Positions 22,682 through 31,618 of a stretch of DNA of 64,000 nt are shown piece after piece. Numbering within the stretch: the stretch's first letter is position 1; the number at the start of each line of letters is the position of its first letter. Position numbers and translations under genes: made by a program. Location: positions 1,485 to 65,484 of IMG/VR virus record IMGVR_UViG_3300023106_000001; one strand, 5' to 3'. The notes under the pieces were generated by a model. The model did not search any database, was not told where the DNA came from, and worked only from the letters and a program-made list of their open reading frames with translations. This stretch comes from a virus.

Positions 22682-23646
22682 TATAGCGTTTTAAAGAATT
22701 CGTTAACTTGATTTGTTCGTGATTTATTTATTTCTTGCAGTTCTTTTTTATTTTGAGCTGTAACCTCTACTTTTTCTAAATAGTGAGCCAGAACTAATTT
22801 TTTAACTGTTTCTTTATCTTTTTTCAAAATTTTAAGATTCTTCAAATATGTTTTAACCTCTTGACCAAACTGTTTTGTTTGATAAAGTTTTTCTAATATC
22901 GGTAATTGTTGTATTAAAGGTTCTGTTTGCGTTGTATTATTTTTGTCTACAAAACTTTCAAATGGTTGCTCGAAACGCATTTTTTTAAAGATATTAATAC
23001 ACGAAAATACATCTTCTTTAACGTATTTACTTATTTTTTCTATACCATTATTCCAGTATTCATCTGAAACTTGACTACCATCTAAATCTGTTTTTGGGCT
23101 AGGTAGATCAAAATGATAACACATTTCATCTAAAGAACTGGCATAGTAATGAGTGCCTTTAAATACTTCTTGAATATCGATCAATCTGTCTAAATTCCAC
23201 TGTTTTTTTCCACTTGTCACAAATCTGTCTGGTAATATTTCACAGACATCAAAATATCTGTATCCATTATTAATCACCATTGGTAAGTCAAAAGCAATAC
23301 CATTAGAAAAGCACATGTAATCAAAAGATTGAGCTATTGTACAAAACTGTTTTATAACCTCCTCCTCCGTCCCTTCTAAAGATTTAATGTGTACTTGACT
23401 TTCTTTAATAAATCCTACACCAATACACACTATCTTAGTGTAGCACATTTTTAAAGCCGCTTTTTTCTGGTACTCTAAAATAACTTCATCGTTAGGTAAA
23501 AATTCATCCGTATCTCTGTTACGAGTTTTTTTACGAAATAATTCAAATTCTTTTGAGTTTATATCTAGTTCTTTTGTTCTTCTTACATCCTCTATATCCA
23601 TGAAAAGGATTTTTTCTTGGTCTACTCTCTTTATTGTCTGATTCAT
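22681..23646 (-). CDS. stand-alone 3'-5' exonuclease (DnaQ/PolB-exo-like)
   Basis: DIE, NGIAFDLP, SLDEMC...PSPK..LDGSQV, YVKEDV. Confidence 0.85.
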   Translation of the reverse strand: MNQTIKRVDQEKILFMDIEDVRRTKELDINSKEFELFRKKTRNRDTDEFLPNDEVILEYQKKAALKMCYTKIVCIGVGFIKESQVHIKSLEGTEEEVIKQFCTIAQSFDYMCFSNGIAFDLPMVINNGYRYFDVCEILPDRFVTSGKKQWNLDRLIDIQEVFKGTHYYASSLDEMCYHFDLPSPKTDLDGSQVSDEYWNNGIEKISKYVKEDVFSCINIFKKMRFEQPFESFVDKNNTTQTEPLIQQLPILEKLYQTKQFGQEVKTYLKNLKILKKDKETVKKLVLAHYLEKVEVTAQNKKELQEINKSRTNQVNEFFKTL

Positions 23647-23648
23647 TT

Positions 23649-24386
23649 TTATTTATTATTAAACCAATAGTAATATTCATCTATTGGGTTTGTTGTTAAA
23701 CATTCTGTATAGCCCTGAAATTTTATTTTTGGCTCATATTTATAGTTTTTAAACTCTTTCAAAAATCTTTGCTCTAAGTTATAGGCAGATACCATATCTA
23801 ATTCTTCTGTGTATTTTACAAAAACTTTGTAGTATTTACGTAACTGGTTTAACCTATACTCGAACCTATGTTTACTGACTATACCTACTTTGTAAAATGA
23901 TTCACCAGTATTTGAAAGTATCAGGACGTAGATAAACCCTTCTATGTTTTCTATAAAATCTTTATGTGAAATAATAGTCGTATCGTTATACATTATAACT
24001 TGTCTCATACAATATGGGCATCCTTGTGTGTTAGCCATATGATGAGAGGGTCTTTGTTTATATTTATAATCATGTATTTTACACCTTAAAGAGATATTAT
24101 CTTTATTATTAATGTAAATAGCTTGGGAATAATCTATAAAATCAGCATCTTCTCTAAATTTTCTACTCCTTTTAACCCAAAAATCTGTTTTGTTTATCGC
24201 TGATTTTATACTCAACTCTTTCCATTCTAATAGAGAATCTGCACACACTTCTAATTCACCGAATTCTGAATTAACCCTTACTTTAGTATTATCATAATAT
24301 TTTAAATTGATAACTTGGTTATAAATTTTAGGATTTTTATCTTTAAGTTTCTTTGAAAACTCTTCACTTGTTAACTTTTTACACAT
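23649..24386 (-). CDS. putative homing endonuclease (zinc ribbon plus GIY-YIG-like domain)
   Basis: CKIH...GCPYC; FIYVL..YKVGI...R...LEQ...FQGYTEC. Confidence 0.7.
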   Translation of the reverse strand: MCKKLTSEEFSKKLKDKNPKIYNQVINLKYYDNTKVRVNSEFGELEVCADSLLEWKELSIKSAINKTDFWVKRSRKFREDADFIDYSQAIYINNKDNISLRCKIHDYKYKQRPSHHMANTQGCPYCMRQVIMYNDTTIISHKDFIENIEGFIYVLILSNTGESFYKVGIVSKHRFEYRLNQLRKYYKVFVKYTEELDMVSAYNLEQRFLKEFKNYKYEPKIKFQGYTECLTTNPIDEYYYWFNNK

Positions 24387-24459
24387 ATTTTAAACTACCA
24401 AATATTATTTTATTATATTGTTAATCTTGATTGCTCTATTTCTTTTTTAAATTTCTCAG

Positions 24460-24822
24460 CTATTTCTTTTCCGTACTCTTCTTTTTGAAGCAAAGAGCGG
24501 ACGGGACATTCGAATTCACGCAGATATCGTACACGCTGCTGACACGAAAAGGATCATTATAGTACCAATTATAATATTTACGCTCGTTTTTATCTTTCAT
24601 ATTTGGTTTCCAACCTTTATTATAAAAAGCAACTATCATTACTTCTTTTTGATAATACTTTAAATGTAAGGGAATATTGGAATAGTCTTTTTCAAATTGA
24701 TCCTCTGTTGTGTTATGGTATTTATAAACTTCATCCATTGGAGACTTTTTCTTAGCTTCTTCTAATATCTTACTTAACTGTTCTACAGTATACTCTGATC
24801 CATTAATGTTAATTGTTTTCAT
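24460..24822 (-). CDS. DGR target protein 1 (C-terminal variable repeat; possibly frameshifted just after VR)
   Basis: contains VR1; shares KYY.W.Y..PFR...VPSALCFKK with target 2; start overlaps the end of the RT gene. Confidence 0.88.
   Translation of the reverse strand: MKTININGSEYTVEQLSKILEEAKKKSPMDEVYKYHNTTEDQFEKDYSNIPLHLKYYQKEVMIVAFYNKGWKPNMKDKNERKYYNWYYNDPFRVSSVYDICVNSNVPSALCFKKKSTEKK
24493..24553 (-). repeat. DGR variable repeat VR1
   Basis: 61 bp colinear with TR; 11 mismatches, all at TR adenines. Confidence 0.93.
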
Positions 24823-25741
24823 ATTTGTTTTTTAAATTTACAGAATTGGAATGAATTAACCAACTATTCCAATCTTTTTTGTTTTTACTCTTTTTATAAT
24901 TCTCTTTAATACTTTTTCTTATTAATATATAATTCTTTCGGTGTACATAGCCTACAAAGTCGATACCTCTTTTTTCAACTGGAAATATCTGGTATGTATT
25001 TTTTATTTCAAGTCCCAGCGTCTTTAGATATAATCTTATTTTAAATAAAATATAATGCAATTCCTTTTTATTATTCGATAAAATCACAAGATCATCCATA
25101 TATCTAAAATAGTACTTAACATTTAAATTTTCTTTTATGTAGTGATCTAAGTAACATAAGTAAAAATTTGCAAAATATTGACTAATTAACGATCCTAAAG
25201 GTAACCCAATCTCATTAGAATCTATTATTTCATCAAAGATTGTTAACAATTCTCTATCCTTAAACTTTTTTCTTAAAAGCCGTTTTAATATATTATGATC
25301 TATATTTTCATAGAACTTTTTCACATCCAACTTCAGACAGTATTTATTACATTCTTCGTCTTGCAAGGATTTTCTTAAATCACAAGAGGCTTTATGTACA
25401 CCTCTACCTTTAATACCACTGTACGTATTACTTATAAAACTATTTACAAAAATTTCTTTGGTTTTTAACAGTATTGCCCAGTGCATGATACGATCTGGAT
25501 AATAAGGTAATCTTGCTATTACTCTATGCTTTGGCTCAAATATTTCAAATTTACTATAATTAGATGTTCTGTATTTTCTATGTTGTAGTAATTCATTCAA
25601 CTCTTTTAGATTCTCATCTTCTCTTAATATATGTTTTTGAACACCGTATTGTTTTAATTTACCTAATCTGGCATTTCTATCTGCTAATTTTAGATTATTT
25701 ACTTCAATTATACTCTCATATAAAAATCCTTTTCTCTTCAT
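24809..25741 (-). CDS. DGR-type reverse transcriptase
   Basis: PKHR.I, DRIMH, LKLDVKKFY, GLPLGSLISQ (DGR-typical SQ), YFRYMDD, IDFVGY. Confidence 0.95.
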   Translation of the reverse strand: MKRKGFLYESIIEVNNLKLADRNARLGKLKQYGVQKHILREDENLKELNELLQHRKYRTSNYSKFEIFEPKHRVIARLPYYPDRIMHWAILLKTKEIFVNSFISNTYSGIKGRGVHKASCDLRKSLQDEECNKYCLKLDVKKFYENIDHNILKRLLRKKFKDRELLTIFDEIIDSNEIGLPLGSLISQYFANFYLCYLDHYIKENLNVKYYFRYMDDLVILSNNKKELHYILFKIRLYLKTLGLEIKNTYQIFPVEKRGIDFVGYVHRKNYILIRKSIKENYKKSKNKKDWNSWLIHSNSVNLKNKYENN

Positions 25742-25849
25742 TTATTTTGCTTCAAGAGGCTCCTGTTCAATCTATTTACTAGGGAGCCGAGCGTTAGTTT
25801 TATTTTTTACCTTGTTGGTAGGGATATATTCTACATTATTAAAAAGCAG
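25742..25849 (-). ncRNA. DGR spacer RNA region between TR and RT
   Basis: non-coding; minus-strand hairpins TACC-AACAA-GGTA followed by an A-run, and GGCTCC...GGAGCC. Confidence 0.55.
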
Positions 25850-25910
25850 TAGAGTGGATGGGACATTCGAATTCTCGTAGTTATTGTTCACGTTGTTGAT
25901 ACGAAAAGGA
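25850..25910 (-). repeat. DGR template repeat (TR)
   Basis: intergenic, AAY-rich (CCT TTT CGT ATC AAC AAC GTG AAC AAT AAC TAC GAG AAT TCG AAT GTC CCA TCC ACT CTA); 20 adenines. Confidence 0.93.
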
Positions 25911-25945
25911 GGGGAATGACCAATTGATAAATACATCCTATTTTT

Positions 25946-26509
25946 CTATTTCATATAATTTTCATATAAACTAAAAAACTCTTTGTTTTGGTGGGCATAA
26001 ATTGCAATTTCACGTTTCTTGAAGCAAAGAGCGGACGGGACACTCGAACTCTCGCAGTAATAGTTCACGAAGTCGATACGAAAAGGATTCCTATACCACC
26101 AAATGTAGTATTTATACTCATTAGAGTCTGACCAATCTAACACATGTCTTTCATTAAGAGATTTAACCCAACAAATAAGCATTTGAAATGATAAAGATTT
26201 AGAAGTTATATTAGCTTTTATCAGTTTTTTATACTCAATTACATCTTCGTCTTCTTCTCCTAAATATTTTATTACATCATCGAAACTCTTAATATCCTCC
26301 CAATTATCACGAACATCAAATATCTCTTTAACTACAGGCAATTGAACATCTGTACAAGCCTTAATCATCTCATTAATTTGCTTTTCTGTGAATTTTATTG
26401 TTTCGCTGAATGGATCTTCTTGTGCGTATTTGGCTAACTTTGGCTTCCAAGTATCACAAGAAATTTCCCAAATCTTTTGTAGTTCTGATCTTTTTATTTC
26501 TGTTTTCAT
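25946..26509 (-). CDS. DGR target protein 2
   Basis: contains VR2 near the C-terminus (PFRIDFVNYYCESSSVPSALCFK). Confidence 0.9.
   Translation of the reverse strand: MKTEIKRSELQKIWEISCDTWKPKLAKYAQEDPFSETIKFTEKQINEMIKACTDVQLPVVKEIFDVRDNWEDIKSFDDVIKYLGEEDEDVIEYKKLIKANITSKSLSFQMLICWVKSLNERHVLDWSDSNEYKYYIWWYRNPFRIDFVNYYCESSSVPSALCFKKREIAIYAHQNKEFFSLYENYMK
26027..26087 (-). repeat. DGR variable repeat VR2
   Basis: 61 bp colinear with TR; 11 mismatches, all at TR adenines. Confidence 0.93.
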
Positions 26510-26646
26510 AATGTTTCGTTTATTACAATATATTTAATATTATCTTCTGTTTCTTTTACTTCTCCTTGTGCCAGTATTTGTTGAGCTGTTTCTGGATGTA
26601 TTTCGTGTATTAACGCTAGTGTGATCCCCATGTATATTACTTTCAT
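26506..26646 (-). CDS. 46-aa ORF heading the DGR operon (absent from the ORF track)
   Basis: MKVIYMGITL...INETL*; its TGA overlaps the ATG of target 2. Confidence 0.55.
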   Translation of the reverse strand: MKVIYMGITLALIHEIHPETAQQILAQGEVKETEDNIKYIVINETL

Positions 26647-26669
26647 ACGCTACGCTTTGTATTGTTTTA

Positions 26670-26677
26670 CAAATATA
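26670..26677 (-). promoter_or_regulatory. Bacteroidota-type -7 promoter element (TATATTTG) upstream of the DGR operon
   Basis: TAnnTTTG about 24 nt upstream of the first ATG. Confidence 0.65.
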
Positions 26678-27860
26678 ATGTTTTTATTCTTTTTCCGCGG
26701 AAATTAAAAAATTCTCAGCATACTCATCAAACTCCATTTCATGTTCCTCATTATAATAGTCAACCCACTCACCATCATCAAACATTTGAACTAAGATAAT
26801 ATTTGCATAATCTGGAATAAAGCTATTTTCAAACAAAAATAGGTGTTGATTGGCCAAAGCTTCACTTACTAAATATGCTTGTTCTTCATCTTTTACTTCC
26901 ACTGTAAACGGTTTACATGGTATTTGTGGATAATGTAATACTCTTAGTTTTTTCATAAATTAAATCTTTTTAGCATAAGTGTCCGTATCATAGTCGTAAA
27001 GGCATCCTGTATCACAAAATATAGATTTTAATTGATTTAGGCCATATCTTATCTTACCTTCTACTATTAGTTCTGTAGTTGGTAGATTACCTGTTGCTGA
27101 GAAATATTTGTCCCCTTTTTTAAATTTTTCTCTTGCGGTTTTTAGAGTTGTCATAGTTTGTATATATTTATTGTTCTTAGAAATAACTGTGTTGGTTTGT
27201 CTTGCTTTACTCTGTTTTCTTTTTGCATTCTTAGGTGAGTTTCAAGAAATTCTTTTGTTTTAATCTTTTTTTCCGCCGATTTTGATTTGTAGTCTTCAAT
27301 AGAATCTAAAACTAGTTTTTTATTGTATGTCATACTATTTACAGTGTTTACAACAAGTTTTATTATTCTTCCAATATAGTTCACTACTTTTAACTACTTC
27401 ACCACAATTAGTGCACATTTCAATGTTGTTTTCTGATTCATAATCAGTGTAATCATATTTATAATCGTCTGCAAAATCTCCCATTATCTCATATTTTTTA
27501 AGTTTTCAATTACAGTATTAAAATCAGTTTCAAACTGTTCTTTTGTTCGGTAATCATAATATTTATCTCCCTGAGTATAAGCGTAAAATAGTTCATCGTA
27601 CCATTCTTTTTTATAAAGTCTATTAGGTATAATTGGCCTTGCATCACAGAAAGAAAAATCTCTTCTTCTGATTACATTATTTTCGAATTGAACCTCAATT
27701 AGTTTCATTCTACTCCAGTTATTTTCTTTGTCGTGCTCATAAATACTGTGTTCAAATTCTACAGCATAAACACTTCTTGAACTCCAATAATATCTGTCAA
27801 CCATCTCATAAGTATTAATTACTTCGGTTTTTATTTCTTCTATGTTTACTTCTTTTACTT

Positions 27861-28151
27861 TCATGTTTTTCTTATTATTTCTACAATGTCACTATCTGTG
27901 TTACTAGCCTTCAGTACTCTTCCTTGATGTGTTCTGGTTCCAGTTGCTTTTAAATCTTTTTTCTCCGCGACCTCGTGTTCATAAAAACCATCAGGCAGAG
28001 GTTGAACATAGTAAATCACTCTCCCATCTTTACATACTAATTGATCCCCACGCATACAGCTTCTTAAATCTACACCTGTTTCATCAAACTCTAAATCAAA
28101 CACTTTTCTTGTGTATTCGTCTATGTTGAATTCTTCTTTATTTTCCATCAC
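27861..28151 (-). CDS. hypothetical protein, paralog of 32764..33003
   Basis: DL..C..GD.L..K.G...YV..L...HEV...GTRT..G.V...DI.EII shared. Confidence 0.7.
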   Translation of the reverse strand: MMENKEEFNIDEYTRKVFDLEFDETGVDLRSCMRGDQLVCKDGRVIYYVQPLPDGFYEHEVAEKKDLKATGTRTHQGRVLKASNTDSDIVEIIRKT

Positions 28152-28416
28152 ATATAATTTTAATTATAAAATCTCGATAATTTTTATTTGTTTCTCCTAA
28201 TATTATCCAAAGTTATTCATCAGTTAAAAAATAAAATTAGTCCCACAACTATCCATATTAAAATGACACCTCTATCTGCCTCTTCAGTGTCTGTGTCTTG
28301 TTGATTACCTTTTATTTGATTTATCTTAGCTGTCAAATAAGTATCGGTTTTAATCATTAAAGGCCAAAGTACTGCCCATAATACAAAGTCTATATTTTCC
28401 ATTTTTATATTTTTAG

Positions 28417-28479
28417 CGGCGAGAAAAGGATTTGAACCCAACTTTCCTATTATTTCAGAAATCTTACCGAAGTCCCGCC
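28417..28479 (-). pseudogene. degenerate or miniature tRNA-like element
   Basis: GGCGGGA/TCTCGCC acceptor stem, GG-TTCAAAT-CC T-loop, tiny D arm CTT/AAG, weak TTTCT/AGGAA arm. Confidence 0.4.
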
Positions 28480-28484
28480 TGTTA

Positions 28485-29036
28485 TTATTTACTAAACCCC
28501 ACAGCAAAACTTACTGTCTTTGGGTTAAACTTGCTTGTTATTGTTACAAAACTATTCTTAACTTTTATAAAATACTTTAAACCTGCATCAATTTGCATTG
28601 TTCTATATTCTAAAGCTTTATTTCCGTTGATTACTATAATATGTTGGTAATTTGTTACTCCTGATATTAAATATACTCGTTTTAACCAACACGTTTTACA
28701 AACACTCACTCCAAAATTTAAACTCACTGCTCTTGTTTCTTTCTTTATAGTTTTTTCTCCGCCAAAATCTAAATCCTCAGAGATACAGTTACAATCATTT
28801 GAAACAGTTTCTTTATCTATCCCAATTGTTTTAGTGCCTGACATATAAGCTGAATGCTCAAAGCCTAATAATAAGTCATTTAGATACTCTCTTTTCTGAT
28901 CAGTTTTAATTATGAAATTCACGCCAATCAAATAACCCATACTTTTATCCTCGCTTAATACCGAACCAGTATACAACTCATAATTTTGAGAGTACACTGA
29001 TCCTGTAATAAGAAGAGCTAATAATAGCTTTTTCAT
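28485..29036 (-). CDS. secreted protein, probable small outer-membrane beta-barrel
   Basis: signal peptide MKKLLLALLITGSVYSQ; alternating beta-strand pattern; ends SFAVGFSK. Confidence 0.6.
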   Translation of the reverse strand: MKKLLLALLITGSVYSQNYELYTGSVLSEDKSMGYLIGVNFIIKTDQKREYLNDLLLGFEHSAYMSGTKTIGIDKETVSNDCNCISEDLDFGGEKTIKKETRAVSLNFGVSVCKTCWLKRVYLISGVTNYQHIIVINGNKALEYRTMQIDAGLKYFIKVKNSFVTITSKFNPKTVSFAVGFSK

Positions 29037-29903
29037 TTAGTTTTTACAACTTTGACATTCTTCTTCATTCCATTTCTGAAAAGAAAATACTAGTTTGTTC
29101 TCACTTGTATAAGGACTTGGAGCATTCTCTTTACTAATTGTATAAATACAGGAGATAGAAGTAGAAGCTTTAATAATCTGCTCACAGTAATAAATTGTAT
29201 GTAAATTATTGTTGTTATTAATAGGTGTTACGTCAACTTTGTATACAACTTTTTTACCTTCTAAAGCTTTATCATTTGACCATTCAAAGTAAACAATTCC
29301 GTCTTTTTGTACTTTTGTTGTTCCTGCGCTTGCTTCCCCATCAACTGTAGCTGTGATAGTAGCTTCAAACCCGTTTTTAAATGTGCTGTTATTTTCTAAT
29401 TGAAATACTGAGATGATTCTACCATGTTTTGTAGTCATGTCAATATTAATTACATTATTTGTAGCAACTACAGTTTGTGTTTTTGTTCCTGTATATAATA
29501 CATAAGGATTGTGCGCTTTTAATTCTGTAATTTTAGCTTCTGCTGTTCCTGACGAAGGCGCTAAAACATATTTTTTGGCTGAATCTGTTGAAGAAACTGC
29601 GGTAAAAACATTAGAACCAATAGCAACATCAGCTAAAATAAAGTTTTTGTCTGCATTAGGATTGTTTACAACTAAGTCATACTGCTCTGATTTAGTATAA
29701 GATCCTGAAACCGCCTGGATTTCAATTTTATTCACCCACGCTGGTATTGCCCCCTTATCAACTTGTTTTCCTGTTGTGTTAGCAGGAGCAGCAACTAAAA
29801 ACTTTACGTCTGTTGTTTGTACATTTGATTCTTGTGTTTCCTCTGTTGAACATGAAACCATTGATGCTAAAATAGCAATTCCTAAAATAATAATTCTTTT
29901 CAT
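29037..29903 (-). CDS. lipoprotein
   Basis: lipobox MKRIIILGIAILASMVS-C followed by acidic STEETQE; beta-rich body. Confidence 0.8.
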   Translation of the reverse strand: MKRIIILGIAILASMVSCSTEETQESNVQTTDVKFLVAAPANTTGKQVDKGAIPAWVNKIEIQAVSGSYTKSEQYDLVVNNPNADKNFILADVAIGSNVFTAVSSTDSAKKYVLAPSSGTAEAKITELKAHNPYVLYTGTKTQTVVATNNVINIDMTTKHGRIISVFQLENNSTFKNGFEATITATVDGEASAGTTKVQKDGIVYFEWSNDKALEGKKVVYKVDVTPINNNNNLHTIYYCEQIIKASTSISCIYTISKENAPSPYTSENKLVFSFQKWNEEECQSCKN

Positions 29904-30918
29904 CTTAATTTGTTTTTGAGTTTATTTTCCCGCTCAAGGGTTTTGTTTTGCAAATATTATACTTTTATTTTTAATTTCCTAATGAATCTTTCTCTAATTT
30001 ATATAAAATGTCTTTGTAAGCACTTCTTTTACCCACAGTTTTATCTGAAAACCACTTAAATTCTTCATTTTCTTGGTGTTCTAACTTGGTAATTTGACTT
30101 TTAATATAGTTGATTAAGAACTTCTCTCTAGTTTGATAAGCTTCAAGTGTTGCATCTGGTTTCATATCTTCACCTCTTTTTGAATAAATCTTATTTCTCC
30201 GTTTTGATAAGTCCTTTTGATTACAATAATATTAACATGGTACTCTCTATAATTTCCAAAGTCATTTTATTTTATTACTTTTCGTGTTGTTTCTGAGTAA
30301 ATTTCGTCTTTGAAGGAGTAATCCCCATTAATATATTTTATCATAAAATAACCAACTGTGATTAATATAACTCCCAGAATTATTATCTGTATAAATGTTG
30401 TCCAATTCATAATTATTTCTCTATTTTAGTTATTTTTTCGCGCAAAAAAAGTTATAAATAATCAAAGGAATGTAACAGAAAGTATACAAAATCAACCTCT
30501 CAAATGCATCTCTTCTCTGTAATTCAGCCTCTTCAAGATAAGCATCCTGACTTGTTGGTTTATGTTCAAAATTTCCTCTACAGAAACCGTTTATTTTACT
30601 TTTCACTAGAAATCTTTGACTATCTAAGCTCTTAGTAAATGGATTTGTGTCTAAATATTCGCCACTCATATAAGAAGGACTTGAATAAATAAAGAATCCA
30701 AATCTGGGGAACATATAAGCTTGTCCTATTTCTATTGTTCTGTTTTTAAACCAATACTTTTGTTTATCTGTTAGTTTCATATATTTATTCTATTTTATAA
30801 AGTTTATAATAAACCGCTTCTATTTCATCATCTGTCATATAAGCTATACTGAGTAGTTGATCCTTTGTCGTTTCAGTTGCGTCTAATATTCTTGTAACGT
30901 AGTACGATCTATCCATAA

Positions 30919-31326
30919 TTATATATTTTTCTTAATAAATTCTCTTAGTTCTTTTATCGCGTTGTTTAAAAGCTTTGGGTTATCATAAACTGATACAAAA
31001 CTCGCTTTAGCTAATTCCATCGGCACAATTTCGAAGTTATTCCCGAAGCACCCATCTTTTAGAAATCTACTTTTAGACTCACAAAGACAATGTTCATTTT
31101 CACTTGATGTTAAAGGTATTACAATTACGTAAGTTTCTTTAACTTTAATGACGACGCTAGGACGATATTTGACTTGACTTTTTAGTATTAAAACATCGCC
31201 TTTTTTCAGATACTCAACTGTTAATTTACTTTCAACTGTGATATCTGTTATCATCTTTCTTACAAAACTACCTAAATAATTTGATGTAGGTACTAAGCTG
31301 TCTATTGTTTCTTGTTTAGTTGGCAT
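30919..31326 (-). CDS. PemK/MazF-like fold protein
   Basis: KKGDV...KYRPSVVIK...VIVIPLTSS. Confidence 0.65.
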   Translation of the reverse strand: MPTKQETIDSLVPTSNYLGSFVRKMITDITVESKLTVEYLKKGDVLILKSQVKYRPSVVIKVKETYVIVIPLTSSENEHCLCESKSRFLKDGCFGNNFEIVPMELAKASFVSVYDNPKLLNNAIKELREFIKKNI

Positions 31327-31618
31327 AATATCAGTTTTTAATTGTTACTTCTTTTATCCCTTGTTCTATTAACATGTAATCAAGAGCCTCATTTAGAGAT
31401 TTAAAATCTTTGTTTTTACTCTCATTTGGCTCTGGAAATAAACACAAAAAGCGTCTCTTACCGTCAAATTCAATAAAATACTTATATTCAGATAGGTAAA
31501 TCTTTTCAATGTCTTCATTAAGTAAAATATCTGTTCCGTAGTATTCAAAACTCAACTCTTCTCGTTTATGTTTGTTGAGTTTATTAAACCAATTTAATGC
31601 TTTCTCGTTTTTCATGAT

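Larger units (their letters stand above)
24460..26677 (-). mobile_element. diversity-generating retroelement cassette (target2-TR-RT-target1)
   Basis: RT plus TR plus two VRs with adenine-specific differences. Confidence 0.93.

Noticed and set aside
24809-25741. RT as group II intron, retron or Abi RT
   Set aside because: No maturase/endonuclease domain or intron domain V; the TR/VR adenine pattern identifies a DGR.
25999-26010. Palindrome AAATTGCAATTT after VR2 as the DGR target hairpin
   Set aside because: AT-rich, has no loop, and has no counterpart after VR1.
28403-28507. N-terminal extension of ORF 28220..28507
   Set aside because: It overlaps the OMP gene end and the tRNA-like element; ATG at 28402 (MENIDF) is the more plausible start.
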